A DNA stretch of 62,749 bases, filler included, from an uncultured virus (IMG/VR IMGVR_UViG_2061766007_002204) (taxonomy: Duplodnaviria; Heunggongvirae; Uroviricota; Caudoviricetes). It is 9 parts of one record of this genome, joined end to end, with 100 filler letters (N's around TTAATTAATTAA, not from the genome) between each part and the next. Parts side by side here need not be neighbours in the genome. Positions count along the whole stretch, not along the records: positions 44,871 to 61,660 come from IMGVR_UViG_2061766007_002204; positions 61,761 to 62,749 come from IMGVR_UViG_2061766007_002204; 7 more parts are not named here. One strand, written 5' to 3'. Both the position numbers and the translations under genes were made by a program. The first letter of the stretch is position 1. Every line of letters starts with the position of its first letter. This document shows positions 58,767 to 62,749 of the stretch, piece after piece. The notes beneath the pieces were generated by a model. It ran no database searches. It was not told where the DNA came from and worked only from the letters and a program-made list of their open reading frames with translations.

Positions 58767-59129
58767 CTAGCTAGGATCTGCCAGGTTGAAATCGCATTCG
58801 CTCGGCTTCACGACACGGATGGTCCACTCGACCACGACAACGTCGTTGACNNNNNNNNNNNNNNNNNNNNNNNNNNNNNNNNNNNNNNNNNNNNNNNNNN
58901 NNNNNNNNNNNNNNNNNNNNNNNNNNNNNNNNNNNNNNNNNNNNNNNNNNNNNNNNNNNNNNNNNNCGATCTTCGAGTTCGCGTTTACAAGCGAGTCGGC
59001 CTGGACGAAGAACTTGACCTTGTAGTCGAACGCCGCGTCGACCGTCTTCGGAAGGATGTGCTCTCCCTCCTCCTCCGGATATGACGTGGACTCGAAGCCC
59101 TTCGACGGGGCGCCGGTCCGCTTGTCGGA
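58767..59129 (-). CDS. Distal-tail-like protein (start in gap)
   Basis: YPEEEGEHILPKTVDAAFDYKVKF; synteny after tape measure. Confidence 0.55.
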   Translation of the reverse strand, partial: SDKRTGAPSKGFESTSYPEEEGEHILPKTVDAAFDYKVKFFVQADSLVNANSKIXXXXXXXXXXXXXXXXXXXXXXXXXXXXXXXXXXXXXXXVNDVVVVEWTIRVVKPSECDFNLADPS

Positions 59130-59193
59130 NNNNNNNNNNNNNNNNNNNNNNNNNNNNNNNNNNNNNNNNNNNNNNNNNNNNNNNNNNNNNNNN

Positions 59194-59663
59194 CGTGTCG
59201 CAATAATAGACCTTACATTCGATGTCATCCGAGGACTCGCCGGCCACGCGGTTGTCGCCGAACACGTACAAGGGAACCCTGGACCGGGTCGCCGACCCAG
59301 GGATCCCCTTGATGTCCATGTTGCACCCGTTGGCGAAATAGAGCATCGGGATGATCTTTCTCTTGACGTTCAGACCGGTACGGATAGTGCCGGTGCAGTT
59401 GTGGAAGACGTAGACCTCATGCTGGTCCAAGATCTCGCCGGTGAAATGCTTCCCGACAAAGATGCCGTAGGCCTCGCAGTCGGCAAAGTCTCGACGGAGA
59501 GTGGCCAGATTAGGGTATCCCTCCTCAAGCGCCCAGTCGATCGTNNNNNNNNNNNNNNNNNCTCGCCCTTCGACGTGATCGACTCCAGAGCGTCCCTGTT
59601 CTCCGCACACATGTGGTGCGCGGAGGCCTCACGGCGTAGCTGTCTTTTCCATTGGGTTTCCAT
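59194..59663 (-). CDS. Conserved hypothetical protein after tape measure
   Basis: METQWKRQLRREA...IDWALEEGYP; TATCTTTG at 59670-59677. Confidence 0.6.
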
Positions 59664-59686
59664 ACGGAACAAAGATAAGCATTTTT

Positions 59687-61660
59687 TTATTTCACGGCAA
59701 CATAGTTGGTGTTCGTGCTTCCGTTCTTTGTCGTCACGACGCTCTTGAACAGACGGAGCATTTCGCCGATGTTCTGGTCCATATTCGGAAGGTGGNNNNN
59801 NNNNNNNNNNNNNNNNNNNNNNNNNNNNNNNNNNNNNNNNNNNNNNNNNNNNNNNNNNNNNNNNNNNNNNNNNNNNNNNNNNNNNNNNNNNNNNNNNNNN
59901 NNNNNNNNNNNNNNNNNNNNNNNNNNNNNNNNNNNNNNNNNNNNNNNNNNNNNNNNNNNNNNNNNNNNNNNNNNNNNNNNNNNNNNNNNNNNNNNNNNNN
60001 NNNNNNNNNNNNNNNNNNNNNNNNNNNNNNNNNNNNNNNNNNNNNNNNNNNNNNNNNNNNNNNNNNNNNNNNNNNNNNNNNNNNNNNNNNNNNNNNNNNN
60101 NNNNNNNNNNNNNNNNNNNNNNNNNNNNNNNNNNNNNNNNNNNNNNNNNNNNNNNNNNNNNNNNNNNNNNNNNNNNNNNNNNNNNNNNNNNNNNNNNNNN
60201 NNNNNNNNNNNNNNNNNNNNNNNNNNNNNNNNNNNNNNNNNNNNNNNNNNNNNNNNNNNNNNNNNNNNNNNNNNNNNNNNNNNNNNNNNNNNNNNNNNNN
60301 NNNNNNNNNNNNNNNNNNNNNNNNNNNNNNNNNNNNNNNNNNNNNNNGCGGCCAGGGACCGGTTAATCATGCTCTCGATCATCTCGTTGAACTTCTCGCT
60401 CATCGCGTCAGTCGTGGAACCAAATTCCTTATAGGCGTCGATCCAGGCCGTGGCGAACTCCTCCGCCGCGCTCGTAATGTCGGTACCGGCGAAGAACTCG
60501 GTGAGCTGGGTCTTCATGTCCTCCATCTGGTCTTGAATCTCCCGAGCCTTCTTCTTGTATTCTTCAATCTTGTCGTCGTCTGCCTTCTTGCCCTTGCTCT
60601 CTTCCAGCTCCGCCTGCTTCTGGTAAGCTTCAGCTTTGGCCTGGAGTACCTCTAGCTGCTTGCCGTAGTTGTAGATGTACTCGGAGCCGAAGGCCTTCTC
60701 CATCGCGACGTCGAGGCGGTTGTACGAATATTCGAGCTCGTCGACCAACTGGTCCTGTTTCTTGATCTCCCGATCGATCGCCTTGACGGACGGGCCGAAC
60801 ATGGCGCCCCAGGACCGGATCGTATCAGCGAAGGCGCCGATGAAATTGCCGGACTTGAATTTNNNNNNNNNNNNNNNNNNNNNNNNNNNNNNNNNNNNNN
60901 NNNNNNNNNNNNNNNNNNNNNNNNNNNNNNNNNNNNTTGTCCCACCACAAGCTCGTCTCCTTTCCCTGGTTGCCGAGCTTATCGACCTCTATAATGAGGT
61001 TGCCGATATTCTTGACCCAAAGGTCCGCGATGCCGACACCGGCGGAAAAATTGGCGCCGATCTCACCGATTGAGTCAGCGGCTCCCTCCAGGGCCTTCTT
61101 GAATTCCTCTGCGTCGTTCCCATGCAGCTGGAACAGCTTCGAGAAGACATCCTTTCGGCCGGATACGCCAAAGATCTTTCCGCCAAAAATCGAACCGAGC
61201 TTGTCTATATAGGCCTTGTCGTCATCGTTCATCAGCCAAGAGCCGTCCTTCTTATTGAACGACGCGTCAGCGATGGCGAGCAAGCTGTCGGAATATTCCT
61301 TCAGCTTCGATGAGAGCCCATCAACACCACCGGACAGGTAAGAAGCGAACATGCTCTTGTTGGTCGTGTACTTGTTGAGCTGTTCGTCGATCTCCCGGAG
61401 CTCTCGCTTATACTGGGCAAGGGTCTTCTGACCCGCATTGAACTGCTCCGTGAGCATCTCCTTCTGGTTCCTAGCGACCTTTCTGGCCGCTTCGTCGGAA
61501 ATAACACCGACGGAGCTGAAGAAAAGACGGTAGTCTCTGGTAAGACGGGAGAGCTGGAACTTTTTCTCACGTTCGATTCCACGCTCTACCGCGTCAGCAC
61601 GATCCTCTGCGGCCTTAACAGCCGCCTCCTTATCTTGTATGGAGGAATCCTCGTTGATGC
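59687..61660 (-). CDS. Tape measure protein, C-terminal fragment 4
   Basis: IDREIKKQDQLVDELEYSY, FATAWIDAYKEFG; stop at 59687. Confidence 0.8.
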
Positions 61661-61760
61661 NNNNNNNNNNNNNNNNNNNNNNNNNNNNNNNNNNNNNNNN
61701 NNNNTTAATTAATTAANNNNNNNNNNNNNNNNNNNNNNNNNNNNNNNNNNNNNNNNNNNN

Positions 61761-62035
61761 GCTCGCTCAACCGTGTCTTCGCATTACCGAGAGCGGTCGT
61801 TAGATGCTCAAACGCAAAATTCGTGTCGCCAATGTACTCCTTGACGTTTTTGAGGATGGACTCCAGGGTCCTAAACTCCGGCTCCGCCCCCTTCGGCTGT
61901 ATATTGAGNNNNNNNNNNNNNNNNNNNNNNNNNNNNNNNNNNNNNNNNNNNNNNNNNNNNNNNNNNNNNAATCCTTGCGGAAGCGTCCTCGAACGCCTTT
62001 TCTATGTCGACAACAACAGGAATCTCTACTGCCAT
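61761..62035 (-). CDS. Tape measure protein, N-terminal fragment 1
   Basis: ATG 62035 (MAVEIPVVVDIEKAFEDA) directly after the chaperone genes. Confidence 0.65.
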
Positions 62036-62036
62036 A

Positions 62037-62500
62037 TTACTGTTCCTCCATCTGTTTTATAATGTGTTTCTGGATCTCGTCGAGGGACTTCGGCTTCTTC
62101 GTTCTCTTACCGAACCCGAATCCGCGCATGATCGAATCGATCTCCTCGTCCGACCTCACGGTCTCGGCCCAGTCTCGGCCTTCGTCCAGGACCCCGAACT
62201 GTTCGTAGTCATAATCAAAGAATCCCTTGTCCACGAGCATCATCGTTACAAGGTTGCACGAATCGATGTACCAATACCGGAACCATGCCCAGAAGCAGTA
62301 GTTTCCGTAGACGTACTTGATTCTTTCGTTGTGGTCGGATGCCTGGAATGCGGAACCTACTTGTTTTCCGCCTTTATCCCCAAAGCGTCCGCGTCCAACA
62401 TATTCATTACGCTTTCCAGCNNNNNNNNNNNNNNNNNNNNNNNNNNNNNNNNNNNNNNNNNNNNNNNTTTGAGATATCCCAGTTGGCCTTGGAAAAACCC
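62037..62500 (-). CDS. Tail assembly chaperone, frameshift extension (gpT-like)
   Basis: Open -1 frame with no good start, abuts tape-measure ATG. Confidence 0.55.
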
Positions 62501-62749
62501 AAGTCGGCGCTGACGACTCCTGCTTCGTTGATTCTGAACGTGGTCTCGTTTCCACGGAGCTGGAGGATGTGCCATTTCAGCCACCAGAGGCNNNNNNNNN
62601 NNNNNNNNNNNNNNNTCCGAGAAGGAAATATGCGGCCTTCTTTGAATGAAGCGAGTACAGCTTCTTCGTTATCCTGCGGGCCTCCTTCTGCGGTACGCCC
62701 TGCTTGCCCTTCGCCTCAAGAATCTGGGCCTCCTGCTCGAGCAATACGA
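62357..62749 (-). CDS. Tail assembly chaperone (gpG-like), partial
   Basis: ...LYSLHSKKAAYFLLG...WWLKWH...DLGFSKANW...DALGIKAENK*. Confidence 0.55.

Noticed and set aside
3046..61716. Recurring TTAATTAATTAA palindrome (8 copies)
   Set aside because: Always centred in N runs and has stops in all frames: an artificial contig linker.
1..62749. Stop-codon reassignment
   Set aside because: TAG ends genes cleanly (e.g. 4261, 11086, 19909), and long genes are interrupted only at N gaps.

Overview
This is a draft, heavily gapped genome of a tailed (siphovirus-like) dsDNA phage, most likely of a Bacteroidales host (TAnnTTTG promoters, A-rich translation starts mostly without a Shine-Dalgarno, DUF3127/DUF6371/DUF2693-type genes). 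Nine scaffolds are joined by artificial N-TTAATTAATTAA-N linkers. Internal N gaps do not preserve frame, so many genes are split in the ORF track. The minus strand carries the head-to-tail morphogenesis genes, the DNA metabolism genes (SF3 helicase, DUF6371, PAPS-reductase-like, YqaJ exonuclease, SF2 helicase, VRR-NUC) and a tail/receptor-binding block ending in a ~2,100-codon BspA-LRR protein. The plus strand (22.9-43.4 kb) carries dozens of small early/accessory genes and a small serine recombinase. No tyrosine or large-serine integrase, DNA polymerase, RT, tRNA or CRISPR array is visible. Most interesting: (1) an AT-richer array of small genes at 37.6-39.9 kb delimited by 7-8 copies of a ~40-bp boundary repeat (core CTTTCGGCCCTAA), with two identical reverse-facing promoters that appear to drive small antisense RNAs; (2) a 3'-UTR element at 11.46 kb that is the reverse complement of the translation-start motif of several early genes; (3) an iteron-rich origin and a structured RNA leader ahead of the helicase. 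Functional calls are from motif recognition only; no searches were run.
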